NCBI GenBank assembly: GCA_040954595.2
Contig: CM082581.2
Location: 12,907,921-12,971,920 of the forward strand
DNA: 64,000 nt
DNA from: Balanoglossus misakiensis
Taxonomy: Eukaryota > Animalia > Hemichordata
Direction of reading: 5' to 3'
Below the pieces are notes generated by a model. That model worked only from the letters and a program-made list of their open reading frames with translations, was not told the origin of the DNA and did no database searches. Positions within the stretch are counted from its first letter, which is position 1, and each line of letters begins with the position of its first letter. The translations under genes and the position numbers were made by a program. Below are positions 52,100 through 64,000 of this stretch, piece by piece.

Positions 52100-54908
52100 A
52101 ATGAAGATAGAAAAACCTTTTGATAAAATTGTTGACTTACCTTCGTCTTCATTTATTGGCAAAATTCACGGCCTTGTAGCAGGGATTTCGCAAATAAGCA
52201 CGCTGACCCATTTATACTAAGGCGGATTTTGATCATAACACAAATCTGCAATTCAAAGAAATGACATCTAATTACCGATAGCACATCCAGTATTACTCTT
52301 GGGCCTAACATATGGTACAATCACCTATAATTTACATATACCCAATATCATACCCATACCTGATTTAACATGAAGTGTATAAGTCTTCTAACGACCATGC
52401 AGTGGCACATTTTTTTTCAAGTGGATGCCAAAGTGAAATCTGTAATTCCGTGAGTAAATTGTCTCAAAGTACAAATTGATGAAAGTTGTCGAGGTCTTTC
52501 TATTTGTGTTTGAGATGAATGTTTGTGATGCACATCCGTAACACGTTAATTCGGCCAAGCCAAAACCAGACACGAGTTTCCTTAAATATTTTGAAAACTC
52601 GCGATTTTGTGTACTTCTTGCACTCCAGGGAAACCTGCAAGGAGTGAACACTCAAGACCGAAAACTCTCCACTCTCACAGTTTTGGGGTGTGAGCTAGTA
52701 CACAAATTTAAAGGCTATGTGACTGTTAATTCACCGCTGTCCTTTCCGTTTCCAGTTTGAAGCAAAGTTTATTGACTTTGGTTGTATGCACATTCCCTGC
52801 GGTAATAATTACAAGATTTGCAACGGAAATTCTCACAATTCAATCTGTTCGAGTTCAAAGAGACAGCTAACTGCAAAGTCACCACTGCAATCAATCATGA
52901 TGTCGACAGTTTGCCTCGATTGCCTTTGTCAGAATACAAACCTGCCACCGAGAAAATGAGCATATGCATCGACCTGACGGAAACAAGAAATTTCGTCAAA
53001 AAGGGTAACCACCACTTTTGCAGTCTGCAAACCTTTTAACAAGTATTCCAGAAACGAATAACTGGGTCTGGTTCGGCGTGGCTTCTGAACGCAATTGACC
53101 TATATGATTGAAGGTTTAATTGTATTCCAACACTGCACATGTTGTGTGTCAATTTACGATTTTCTCACTTGTTTCGTCATATGAATTATGGCTGAACATG
53201 TAATGAAGTAACTGTATCTGTAAGGTTTTCCAAAAGTCTCCAGAAAGGAAAATCTACACTGATGTGTATTGTGAAATGAGGTGTTAAACGCAACCCAGTC
53301 TGATATTCAACAAAAATTTGTTTCGCCATTACTTCTGAATGAAATAATCATGTAATTGCCAAATTGCCTGATCATATACTAACTGGCCATATCCAGGTAA
53401 CAGCATGATATATGTGTCCCCGTGTGCCAAAGTCACACCAAAGCGGTCAGTTTCAGTTGAAGGGAAACGTACGTGGCCGTTTTGCCGTGGCTCGCATTTT
53501 GTCGGGTGGACAGCCGTATGCTGTTGCCCTTGCGTCCAATCAATCTGTGTATACTGCCTCTGGCCGTTGTCCAGATGAGATAATGGATACTTACAAACAG
53601 ATAATGCCAAAGGGACACTTCCAGATTTTGAAGCCATTTCTCATTTATTGGAACCTTTATAAAAGATGCCGCCTGGCGTTCATTTATGATCACCATGAAA
53701 TAGAAACCGCCAGTGTTATCTTTGCACATGTAAGTAAGACCGTTAATGACGTCCTTCAGATTTCATTTATATTTGAATTTCAAGTCACGCCGGAGATAAA
53801 ATCGACTGAATATCTGATTGCTTTCGAAGATATCATGACATACATACTCGCAGCCCAAAGGATCTACTGGTACATTGTACCGGTATGTTATCACCAATCT
53901 TGCAGTTGTCCGTTCAAATGGCAAACTGCATTCGGCTACCACAGCATGCGTCTACAGTAAAGATCCTTTATTTGAAATGCGACTCTTACCGAAATGATGT
54001 CACTGCTGCGCTTGAAATATTGTGCAGTTCAACCATGTTCTGGAAACTGCTCAGCCTGTACAGCACTGCTGTTGAGGCGGCATTAGGACATTTCAGGCGT
54101 AACATTGGCAGTATTTATTTTGTTAACGAAGGAAAAATCTCTGTTGGCAGCGCGGAACCAACTGGCCAACCTCCTGTAGTCATTATGCATTGAGTTTCTT
54201 GGGACAAGATTGCATATAGACTACTATCAGTAACAATCATTTTTTCATGTTTAATAAAAATCGCAAGCCCCACTCTATCAGTAACTTAGCTTAACGTAAC
54301 ACTCCAACACAAACTTTGAATGATTTTTACCCTTTTCCGTAGAAAAATTGCTGATCGTTAAGAAATCCCTTTTCACGAAGAACGTGTTGAGTTTTTAAAT
54401 TTTACCTTGTTAGAGGTGTTTTTGCGAAACAGATATGCAACTCACGTAGCATTCCATTTGGACTTATTAGTATGTGTTCTTTGTCCAGAACATTTTAATC
54501 TAAACTTTACTCCTAACGTGGGTACACAAGCCTGCTTTAACAACATATCTTTGCCAAAGAAATCCTCCAAGGTGATCATATCCATTTTAATGATACCAAT
54601 GTACGAGTATTTGAGAAGTAGCACGTCCATCGTACTGACTGAGTGATGAAAACAGACTGTGACGTGAGGTTGAATATAGCAGCTCAGGATATGTACGTAA
54701 TTGTTTATCTGTGTCAGCTGTCAGGGTGTGTGTGTGTTAACTATTGGTTTTCATCGACGTTCTTGGAAAGAGAAACATATCTCAAATTGAAATATGTAAA
54801 ACTCATCAAAAACACAGGGTGGAATTTGGGACTATGCTCTCGTTTGTGGTAAGCCGACAAATAGGCGAGATGCTTCACTGAGGGCTTCAGGTAGCAACTC
54901 ACGGATAT

Positions 54909-54936
54909 GAGAGGGAGAAGAGGAGAGAGAGAGAGA
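54909..54936. repeat. (GA)n-rich simple repeat
   Basis: gagagggagaagaggagagagagagaga. Confidence 0.8.
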
Positions 54937-56846
54937 AAAATAATCATGTGTGGTGACTCTTGTTTGCCATTAGCCTCTACAGTATTGATTATTATACATA
55001 GTCTGCAAAAATCATCCAATCACCATGGCACGACAATTTATGTATGTGAACTCCACGACACGACTGTCGTGATCATTTCATTTACTTTAACTTCTCTTTC
55101 CCACGAATGTTTTGAAAAGAACACGAATACACGGGACACAAATACATTCCCCATTCACACGTCGTGTCACAGTATCCCAACTATCAATTACTTGACGTCC
55201 ATAGAAAAATATGACGCTTTGCACATTTCTGTGGTCCAGTCCCAACTCCTACTGTGATTGCCCAATGACCAAATATGAACCGACGATGTTTTATTTTTGG
55301 CAAGGACGTTCGCTATCTATATTGTGTTCACTACTGCCCCACCAAGTATGACGTTTACTCACACCTAATTATACAGTACACCATGTAGTACTGGCGACAT
55401 ATATCGAAAAACAATACTTCTGAGATAACCCTGCATATTCTGCGAGGAAGGTTAAGTGTAAGTCTTGAAATAAATACCAAGAATTCCATAATCTTGGTTG
55501 ATGCATATATAGCGTCATCGATCTGGTTTAATCAACAGCGGAGATTTAATTCAAAAGATATACCACGAAAGCGAGAAGTACTATGAATATATCGTCGTGT
55601 ATATGCATAAATGAGAGGGCATGCAGTAAAGAGGATCAGGAAAACGTCGCAAAAACAACGACACATGTCGATTCCTGGCTACATGAATTTCACATTACGG
55701 TAATATCAAGTGCAAAGTATGGAGCCAGGTCAGAGTCATAGTGACTCGGTGGGATTAACCCGTGGTCAGTTGTAACAGTGTGTGCATGCAGTTACGAGCA
55801 GTCCAATGACACCCTGTCAGTCAGAAAGTCAATGTTTAAAAGTAATGCCAATAACTTCATTATACTCATTTATGAATTGAATAATACAAACTAAAGTGTT
55901 TTGATGCGAAAATTATGCTTTTCAAGGAGAACATGTTGCGGCAGATTTGAAACATTTGAACAAAATAATATTTTATGTCTATAATCCCTTTGATCTGCCA
56001 TGTGGCCAGGTAGCGCAAGCAAGTTTCTGTACTGAAAAAATTACTTGCACGTTTTATTATTTTCGAAGATCCAGTGTTAAATAAACGATAAGGAATAACG
56101 TAGTTGTTCTACGTGACCGGCATATTTTCTTCCGCATACTGGATATTTAATATGTTTTCGCTATCAGCTGAACATCTTTGTGTGAGCATTTCATACGGCA
56201 TTTAAATTTTAATTTCAGATACTCTCATGTGTTTGAGGGCCTGCCGACGGCCTGTTGTGTTCAATTTGCAATAGGTCAGGGGTCGACATGATAATATCTA
56301 CATGCAATTTTCAATTTCGAAATGTAGTGTACGTGTAGGTTTTGTCTTTTTCCCTGTAAATATTCAACGTGTTGCGTCACACCATGCTATGTAATTGCAC
56401 TATTGATGACTGTAAGATCTATACATAGTGTCAATAAAAGAAAATGAAGCTATGGTAGGATTTCACTCAAATTCCGCAAATGAAAATGAAATATTGCAAA
56501 AGATTATCACTGCAGTGCGGATTTTATGAACACATACGTAGAAGAAAGGCACGCAGAACTTCCGTAATGGACTTAAATTAAATCTGTGGCATCATCTTCA
56601 TCCCAAATGACCCAAAAAAGGTTTAAGCATGATTTATGTCTGTCATATTTTGGAGATAAGGCGCTTCCGATGTTTGCTTTGTGATGAGAATGATAGATGC
56701 CTTACGGAGATTGATATGAAAAGTCGTGATCACGTGATCGATCTAGAATTCATTATTTCTTGTGATACGCAGCCCCGTTTATTCAATTTATGTCTCGTAG
56801 CTTAACTGTTAATTCGTGACCATTAAAGATAATTTTACAAACAAAC

Positions 56847-56890
56847 CATGTATGTATGTATGTATGTATGTATGTATGTATGTATGTATG
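56847..56890. repeat. CATG(TATG)10 microsatellite
   Basis: Perfect TATG x10 at 56851-56890. Confidence 0.95.
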
Positions 56891-59800
56891 CATTCGAAGG
56901 TTTGATAAATTAATGTTTCTTTTACTTCTGATATGGGGCTAAACATGATGCCGAATTGAATGTCGATGAAAGTTAAAAATGTCCAGAGTTGAACTACATG
57001 GTTAAATTATGATAAATGTAAATGAGAAATTTCGAGGTGTTTTGTCATTTTGTTTAAAAAAATCAATGGATGAAACGATTCCAAAGCCCCATGATAAATT
57101 ATAAATTATTAAAAATATTAATTCAGCCTCCTGAGGTTTTTATCTCAAATAATACAAGAGTCACGAATGTTGGATGAGTATCACACGTTTGAAAGAAACA
57201 ATTTTACGCTTTGATTATTGCAATTAAGAGCCATAATCGATTATTCGTATATAACCTGTGGTCTAATTAGATAAACCATTTTTCCGCGGTCCCACATGAT
57301 TGAATAATTCATAACTGTCGGGAATGTGGCGCGTGACATTTGCCATTTGACGCCGTCTGCGACATCAATATGTCTACTCGGGTAACTTCCTAGCCACAAA
57401 TTGCTGTAAACAGCGTATGATGGAATATGTCAGTTACACTATATACTGACGTGTAGATCCGTAATGCAAATTGACTTGACGGCGTTGAGATCGCATAGAT
57501 ACCCCATGACACTCAATTATCGGTCCATTACATTTTGGCGGTGGTGCACATTATCCACAGATCCAATTTGACGGAAGAAAAGTGAGGATATTGACCGCAA
57601 ATAAAATGGGCGCTTAAGCTGGGGAGAAAAAAACGAATGTTCCGTAGAGTTTGCGGTGAAGCTACACAGCCATTTTTTTACGAACCAATGATATTCCACC
57701 TGAAATTCATCAATGGATGTTTATTGAAAGAACATTTATTGAAATGTATTTATTTTAAAAGGGATTATTGTCATCTATAGCGTCGTTACAATCGAGCATG
57801 TGTAGGATACTTTTGTTTTCCCCCGTTCTCTCCATGAAGGTAGGGGAGGGGGAACCAGAACTATTTAAAAATCAGAAGTATGTTCAGTGAGTGGGATGTT
57901 GTTTAATACTGAGCCTATACACCTCAAGCGTCGATTGCACAAGAAACTGCGCTTGTTGCGTTCGCAATTTACCAGAATTACATTCCCGAGCATTAACCTT
58001 TGTCACACAAGACGGGTCGCCTAAACTGTGGCACGCCCAGCAGAAAAGAAAAATGTACTGCCTAATTGGAGTGGCTATGTTCCCCCACAGGTAACACAAA
58101 AGTAATATGCAAAAATCACTTTCTAGTTTTACTTCCGAGAAGGGGAAGCAAACCGGCGCCAGTGTTTTAAAAAATGAACACCCTGGAATTACTCTATTTC
58201 GGAGTCATTAGTTGCAGCGGTGGTTGTGTGTACAGGCGGTGAAGTAAGATCCTGCGTCTAGGACCAGATTACAATCAATCTTCCTTCCGTCCACCAATCA
58301 AACTTGATGGCATTTCAGATCGTCATTAGTAGGCGCACTGGAGTATGCAAAGTGCGAGGACGTAAATGGAGTAGACGAGGCGTATTTTGGAAAGAGACTT
58401 ACAATGTATAGCAGCTCTATTAACGTGCATATCTAATGCCTCTCAAAACTAGCATTATTATACAGAAGGGGGGTTAAGCTTATAGGTTATGAATTGGGTC
58501 AGCCTGCGCACTTTACGATAGTTTGTAACAAATTCCAATTATTGCTTAATTTGCTCGCTAACATTTACAAGCTTAGTTTGTCATCATAATTATTGCAGCA
58601 CCATTTTTCCACAAGGAATATAAACACCGTGGGAGGAATGTCACTAAAATCTCCAGCGACAGCCTTTACCTGAGCTTACAGTTCATTCACGTGCGCATAT
58701 TCCCGGGGCCTGTTTCATCATCAATTTGAGGTAATCTTCGGAAATTGCTTTTAAGTGACTTACAAAAATCCCAATAGAAATGGAAACCCGGCATGCGTAG
58801 AAACAACACCGAGAGCCAAGTAGAAATCCGTGATTGTGTCCATTTCCCACTGCCAGCAACAGGAGAGCTGAGCTCCATTAAGGTTTGTGCAACGTTGGCT
58901 GTTTATTTTTTTTCTCTTGCCGTCTCGACACTTCTGCTGATTCCGCCTGTCGTCTTAACATGCGTCTCAAGCGCCTTATGAATTGATAATCTCAGCAATA
59001 CAAAAAGGACACAAGATGTGTAAGCAATTACTATTTGCAGGGAGATTGTCTCTTTTTCACTAGGAACGCTTTTTGAAGTAAACAAGCTAATCTTCTGCTG
59101 AAAGAGAGAACAGTTGTCAATTGGCAACTTTTCAGTTACTGTTACTGGCAACTCCCATACTCGCAGTCTGGATGATTTCTTTTGAGTTTGGGCCCTGGAC
59201 TGTGAACGTTTCCAGTGTGACTTTTGATTTGAATAGTACTGTTGTGTTAATAACCTGCAGAAAAAGTACGTTCCAAATGGGCTATTTAATATCCACACTT
59301 TCTTCCAATAGAAAAAAATATTCCTTCAAATTATACTCACTTGAGTATTAGGAAATGCACCGAAGCACACGCATGTATAACATATTTTACAATCTACAAG
59401 TCTTGCATTATGATTGTCACGAAGATTTAAATTACACGGCGAAAAGTACAATCGTTGCATTCATTGAATTCAGATTATTACAAGTTGTACAACATCAAGC
59501 TAATGAATCCGCTACAGTACCAAAATTAAAGTTTCAGGTAAAATCAGCGAGGCAACTTGTGGAAGTTCTGAATTGAATATTCTAGAATTATTAAGGTTAT
59601 ACTGTTCAAGTACAACTCGAGTAAATCGGGCACGTTTTTAGTTTATAAGACCGAGATTGTAAGGGAAAGTCAGACCTCCTGTGTGCTTTTCGACATGGAA
59701 TCAGAAAATGAAAAATCGAACACCGACACCCTGCCGTGTCCTTAGAAATATTCCAAAACCGTTTGCGGCAAGGCTACCTTTGAAATCAGAACTGAGCGAA

Positions 59801-60030
59801 ATCAATCAAACAAGCGAGCTTAACGGGGATCCTCGGCTACAAGTCACCTACACTACCTTCAGCTACATCTTTTGCGTGTAAACAATAGTGTATTATTAGT
59901 AGTATTATAACTAACATACTCGAAAGTATGTATTCAAATTCGAGGTACATTTCTTAAAGCCACAGACACATAAAAATGAAGTACCGTTTGACTTTGGAAG
60001 AATTAACTACTTTTTGTAAGTAGCAGCAAT

Positions 60031-60086
60031 AGACCAGTCCAAACTCAGCCCATACATGTACCCTTGGGCTGAGTTTGGACTGGTCT
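60031..60086. repeat. Perfect 22-bp inverted repeat with 12-nt loop
   Basis: agaccagtccaaactcagccca (60031-52) / loop tacatgtaccct / tgggctgagtttggactggtct (60065-86), 22/22 complementary. Confidence 0.95.
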
Positions 60087-60711
60087 GTCACTGTGTACAA
60101 TATGTGGGTAATACGATGATGTATCATCTCTCATGGGATATTCCTCATTACACGATGCGTCAGTATCAGTACGGATAATGATGAGTGAGGAAAGACAATT
60201 GTGCTGGTGATATACCAATGCATCACTTTTCCCCCGCATGTCACTTTTTCTGGGTGGAATGACCTGGCATTCGCGCAGTAGACAATATGGGACACAATAT
60301 GGCACCTCATTTTAGTTGTTAAAAAGGCAATGCTCTGCCAATTATAGGTTGAGGAAATTCAAAACAACAGTCCTGTGTGCACAGTAACATTTCCAATATT
60401 ATGTTGGTACCGACAGTCTTGTTAAATGATTATGGCAGGTTGATTATGTGCATCCATCCGGAATTTGTCCGAAAGATTTGGCAGCAAGGGAAAATTTCAA
60501 GGAGAGCAGTTTATCTCTGTTGGCTACATGTATTAAAGTATGTTGTTTTAGCTGGCGTCTGTTTTGAATGTATCCGGGGTCTTCTGTGAATTTACTAAAG
60601 TCTGTGTTTCACATCGTCGTGCGTGTGTAGATTTTCAGAAGACTTCGTTAATCATACTCTTATATTGAGGGGGGATGGTGGTCGCAAAAGCAAAGAATAG
60701 ACATCATTTTA

Positions 60712-60727
60712 TAACAACAACAACAAC
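60712..60727. repeat. (AAC)5 microsatellite
   Basis: taacaacaacaacaac. Confidence 0.8.
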
Positions 60728-62509
60728 GAACGCATGATGCCAGGAGATACAAACTTCGTGGTTATATAAAATATGTACTAATACAAGAAGATGATCTTCA
60801 AACATATTAGAAGTACTGGTATATATGCTAAAAACGTTAATGGATGTTTACCCATAACATAGAATACTACTTCTGTGGCCTAATGGCATCTTCTTAGTAT
60901 ACAAAGTGCTTAGACACGTATATGGGTTGGACGTGGAATGGGTGCATTATAAAGAGAGCTCGTTAAAACTTAATTGTGTGTTGTCTGAAATTCGTTTGGC
61001 ATTTTTTTCCCCGGGAAGTACAGACTCCAAGATCGAACACTAGTTAATTATCTTTGTAGAAACCGATGTCATTTACACTAATTGCTTCTTGTAAAGTGGT
61101 TCGCGGACCGTGACAAGGAAGTCTTGGACAAGAGGAGACTGGTCCAGCCTGGGGATTAACTCCATGACTTGGTAATCAGTCGCAAAGAAAGGCTTCTATA
61201 GCTGCGATCTGTTGGGAGCTACAGAGGATCACATGGTGCACAGTTTAGTTTGCAGAGCTGGTCGCAAAAGAAAAAAATTGCGTCCTTGAGGACGACTGTC
61301 TTTCTATAACATGATAGAAATTAAAATTGAACACGACTTTCCTTTGTGGCACTATTGACCCTCGAGAAACAACGATCATTTTCACATCAAAGGATACGAC
61401 TGTGAAGGTCTTTGATCAAGAGAAAGAACATCACTACTGCAGTATATATACTGTTTTAAAAGACTCGCGATAGCTGAAAGCGTTTAAAACCACATTAAAT
61501 TTGAAACTCTGATAATTTGTATACTAATGGCACTGACTCCAGAGCCACGGAAAATGTCTTCCTTCCGTAATTACACGACAAAATTGTTCCTACTTGCCAG
61601 TAATTTTACTTAAAAGGCTGTAAGTAAGAATGGTTGACAGGGGATCTTAATATTTTACCGCTTGCCTGAGAGACGCGAGACGTGGAGACTACAAGAAGGG
61701 GACTGATGACTCTTCAGGTTTAACACACCGATTGTACCACTTACGATACACGTCAAGGACATGCTCATCTGGTGGTTTACATGTCAAAGTACAGTGCGCG
61801 TCAATCTGACCACAAATTTAGTATTCCTAACCATAAGCAGAATTGATTTTCCAAGCTACTACACTGATTTCAGAATCACCTAAAAGATAAGCGTTTCTGG
61901 GAGCCCGCAATATCCCATTCAGTGAAGAAAGTTTCCATATGTGTCCGATGAACAACTGAGGAAAGTTTACTATTTGCCATAAATTAGTAAAGCTATAGGA
62001 CTGCATGGGCTTTTTTGCCTTCAGAATTCTTGCTTTTTAATATGAAAATTACTTGTTTGCGTACAACATCCATCGCTGGAGGAAATGTGTCATTTTAAAG
62101 CTGGGGGCCCGTTAGATAAAAGGGAATCTTACCTTAAGCCCCAATCTATGGAACAATTTTTGAGAATATGTTTTGATTACTTCTACCCTAACCCGTAGCC
62201 TTTTAAGAATGTACTGGAAGCTACAATCACCAACACCACCAAGGAATGCCCCCGCCAAATCTTACAGGTGGATGCCCGAAGGAAGTCTCGCTTGACGACA
62301 CAAGTAATCCAGAAATCATGGTTTCCACGATACCACCAAAATTACAGATTTTTTGTCACGAGGGGAAATGGCATTTCTTAATATTCCTACTGTTCATAAT
62401 CTCATGGTCATTGTTTTACCCAGCCAATCCCTTATTTTCCGTAATCTCTTCCGTTGTTTCCCTTTTCTGCTTGGTTTTTGCACTCTTAGCTAGAGTCGAA
62501 AAATGGGTA

Positions 62510-62578
62510 GTTGGCTCAAGGAATTGAACCCTGGACATTATAGTTCAAGAGACCTTCTCTACGACAAATTTTACAGCA
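62510..62578 (-). pseudogene. Degenerate tRNA-derived sequence (SINE head or tRNA pseudogene)
   Basis: The minus strand contains a well-formed T-arm, cagggTTCAATTccttg (62533-62517; 5-bp stem, 7-nt loop, Pol III B-box GGTTCAATTCC), preceded by a variable-loop-like atgtc. D-arm, anticodon stem and acceptor stem do not pair well. Confidence 0.3.
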
Positions 62579-62889
62579 AACTGTATGGTCACTTTTATAA
62601 AGAAAACTCACTCTAACGTGCAGATTTGCTGCACTAACTTTAGGATCAGTGAAGAGATTACGATGGGATGTTGGTGGCGCTTTTAGGGTTATATTGAGTG
62701 CAAGTAAACGATATTACATTGGTTCATGTAAAGTGAACATATATACGCCAAGACTTGTCCCCAAGTGAATCTCTATTTCATTGTATAGCGTACGAGCCGA
62801 GGTACACGAGTATTTACCATTCATCAACACTCATCATTTTTCAAATTTTAATACTCTACACAAGACCGTTTTGAAAAGTTTTTGCATAA

Positions 62890-62931
62890 ACCAACCATCC
62901 AATCAATCAATCAATCAATCAATCAGTCAGA
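62890..62931. repeat. (CAAT)6 microsatellite with degenerate flanks
   Basis: ccaaccatc-(caat)6-cagtcaga. Confidence 0.9.
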
Positions 62932-64000
62932 CAAACCCACTCTTGTATTGGACATTATCTATCATTTCCTTCCAATTCACAATTAAGAACTCGAATAAGG
63001 CTACTTTGAATCAATTTTGAAGGCATTCAGGTGATATTTTGTGAGTATTGATGGTACTCCAAAGTGTATCTGCAATTGTTTATTCGGATCACGTCTTCAA
63101 TGTGCATTTATTCCTTTTAGTCTGTACTTCCATCATGTCTCGAGTTGAAAACAACATTTGATGTAATTTTTATCTTGAAGACAAAGGCGTGTATCATGCA
63201 ACTGTCTCTATTTCTCTATTCTGCAACTTCATGATAACAAGAACATTTCCTCTTTGGGAAACCTGTCGGACGCGCGAGTGCATGTCTGCCACATTGAATA
63301 AATGTAATCACAGACAGTCGGCGAACTATCTCTGGCGATAAAAAGGGAGACTTCCTCCCACTTCTACCAACAAACGCACGTTCTTCCTGAATGTCATCAA
63401 TTCATTAGAGACTGTCTTATCATCGCCATTTTAGTGGAACAATGCTCAGTTTAGAAAGAAGTATTACTCTACGAAACAAAAACAAGACGGCTACTTTGAC
63501 ACATGTTATTGTTGAGAAGTACTGGTACATATACATGTACCTGTGCATTGCGCAAATGCGTAGATAGAAAACAGATGGCTTTGCCACATTTGTTGCTTAT
63601 GGGTCATCCTCAGGACAGTACATTTAATGGCCAATTGCTTTACAAACGTGTTTGCTCAGTTCTGTGCTGTTTCTGTATCTCTCCTTTTAAAACGTAAGCA
63701 TACGGTTTCTGTATCCGGTTTTAAATATAGCGAGAAATGTTTTTTTTTAGATGACCCCACCTGGGTATCATGTTTTCTGGCTCAGGTTTGTTTTATCTTT
63801 ACCCAGAAACAGTTGCCTGTATGGGCAAATAGCTCTCTTTGCATTTCAACATATATTACACCGACCGTACAGCACAAACTTTTTCTTAGTCAGGCCCTAA
63901 ACAACTGGCGATGCTGTGCCGATGAACTTTGAAGGCAAAGCTGTTCTTGTTTCACTGCAGGAACTATAAACGGAATGAGACGGCTCGATTTAGCGACTTG

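Noticed and set aside
2742-55105. Four CGTGGGAA Su(H)/CSL sites (about 2742, 4597, 19173, 55098) and ~17 TCF core 7-mers
   Set aside because: They are dispersed, with no paired SPS arrangement, and counts are near or only modestly above chance.

Overview
This is AT-rich (roughly 38-39% GC by eye) eukaryotic DNA, almost certainly from an animal, and it appears to be essentially non-coding: intergenic or inside one long intron. I recognise no intact protein-coding gene, rRNA, complete tRNA, known miRNA, CRISPR array or operon. Nearly all supplied ORFs look like chance frames, and the 225-240 aa ORFs at 17.6-18.3 kb are translations of a (TATG)n satellite. What the sequence does support: (1) many microsatellites, including a 612-bp (TATG)n array with higher-order periodicity; (2) several short non-autonomous DNA-transposon (MITE-like) elements, identified from their own terminal inverted repeats, one with an intact 3-bp target-site duplication; (3) two prominent fold-back hairpins; (4) a probable decayed LINE endonuclease/linker fragment whose frame is still open; (5) scattered compact transcription-factor motif clusters and a few candidate micro-exons. 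The style of the repeats reminds me of marine invertebrate deuterostome (hemichordate-like) genomes, but that is unverified recall. The most unusual window-wide signal is an approximately 10-fold excess of the palindrome TACATGTA, which has the form of a Tc1/mariner-type excision footprint (TA-CA-TG-TA). I cannot honestly claim a new multi-gene system here.
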